64,000 nt of DNA from Azolla caroliniana (lineage: Eukaryota > Plantae > Polypodiophyta), in the NCBI GenBank assembly GCA_043228905.1, contig JBHGNT010000011.1, positions 15,438,001-15,502,000 of the forward strand, given 5' to 3'. Shown here one piece after another: positions 62,974 through 64,000 of this stretch. The stretch's first letter is position 1; each line of letters begins with the position of its first letter. The position numbers were made by a program, and so were the translations under genes. The notes beneath the pieces were generated by a model. That model had not been told where the DNA came from and ran no database searches. It saw nothing but the letters and a program-made list of their open reading frames with translations.

Positions 62974-64000
62974 AGGGAGAGAGAGGAAGAGGTCGTTGCC
63001 TCTGTTGTAACCGCCGTCTGTGGCAAAGACAGCAAGCTCGAGGTCATTGCCTCGGTGCTTTACTATTGTACATTGTGATATAGTGATAGTTTGCAGTCTG
63101 TGGGCTGCCGTGGTTTTTCCCTAGTTTGGGTTTTCCACATTAACATCTTGTGTACTCTTCTTCTCTTCACTGTGTCGTGCGTTCATTACCCGTTTTCTGT
63201 GTTTGATCCTAGGCTCGGTTGTGGCCAATCGTTGTTCATCGGGAGCATGTATTCTTGTCACATCCATCATATGGAAGAAAGCATTTCATTGCTCTTTCCC
63301 AAGTATTGAGATGAGGTTGATCCCTAAGAAATCCTCAACGCCTTCCTCACTACATAAAAAGCTTAGTGCCTAAAAGTATAATTCCAAATTATAGATTTAA
63401 TAGAAACCATTATAAAGTACATTGTCTTCCTACAATGATAAATGCTACTAGTGGGAAAGATGGAGCTACATAAATTGGTATCCCCTCATCAATTATAGGG
63501 CTACATTTTCAAACCACATAATAAGATAGGAAGAATTTAATGGCTTTGATTGGTAGGTGTTGTGGAATTGTAAGCCATGTGTTCCTTCTAGCGCAACAAG
63601 GATTATCTTTGGCCAAAATGTTTGATGGCCCAAATCACTAACATAAGAAGGGAACCCAAGTCAAGGAAATTGGTCACCTGAGCTGACGAATAATAGGGTT
63701 GATATAGGAGAATCACATACCCGTTGCTTACCTTCAGTCGCATTGGGAGAACCATGATTTGAACCTTAGAGTTAGAGTTTTACTCAAGTGGAAGTTGTTG
63801 CTTGAGCTTGGTGCACATGGGTCCAAAGGACCACACAAGTTTCAACAATAATGGCCTCGTTCAAAGTGTTGTGCTATTACTCAATGTTGAGACTCTTTTT
63901 GGTAACTTCCTCTAAATTGATGAAGTATGCTATTTTCCACATTTCGGGATTCCATGATTTACTCTAAATAATAGGTGGTAGGCTTGAACACTTTAGCTTG
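62230..64000 (-). mobile_element. Degraded L1-like remnant hosting the solo LTR, tentative
   Basis: Minus-strand VLVAYYNWGMWL-type text continuing across the LTR insertion site; no intact ORF. Confidence 0.35.
62551..63260 (+). mobile_element. Solo LTR (710 bp), same family as 44284-44972
   Basis: TGTTAGGA...CTTGTCA; perfect TSD CATCC (62546-62550, 63261-63265); colinear with the 44.3 kb LTR. Confidence 0.95.

Noticed and set aside
5650-63260. All four LTR insertions are in plus orientation
   Set aside because: The chance of four sharing one orientation is 1 in 8, which is not meaningful.

Overview
AT-rich, microsatellite-rich nuclear DNA from a land plant. Decayed PLS-type PPR relics and the repeat landscape suggest a seed-free plant such as a fern, but that is inference. 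Four spliced host genes can be assembled by eye with GT-AG introns: a secreted 12-Cys pro-peptide (minus strand, 18183-20014), OBERON-like PHD protein (32011-34973), RPF2/Brix ribosome-biogenesis factor (37902-40170) and a USP-domain receptor-like cytoplasmic kinase (52376-57638). There is also an intronless decayed CAD pseudogene. The rest is transposon-derived: one very young full-length Ty1/copia element (5650-11001, TSD GAGGT), three solo LTRs with perfect 5-bp TSDs, two hAT-type MITEs, many L1 LINE fragments (two with long TSDs), a multi-level nested insertion cluster at 41.6-46.3 kb, a higher-order satellite-like array and several 150-250 bp tandem duplications. Best leads: (1) a single in-frame TGA between gag and pol, sitting in a hairpin loop, in an otherwise intact copia element; (2) extreme CCGG/CCG enrichment of the LTR families; (3) the RRXL-containing Cys-rich peptide precursor. 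Coordinates were counted by hand, and those of degraded elements are approximate. I could not establish that any of these is a truly new system.
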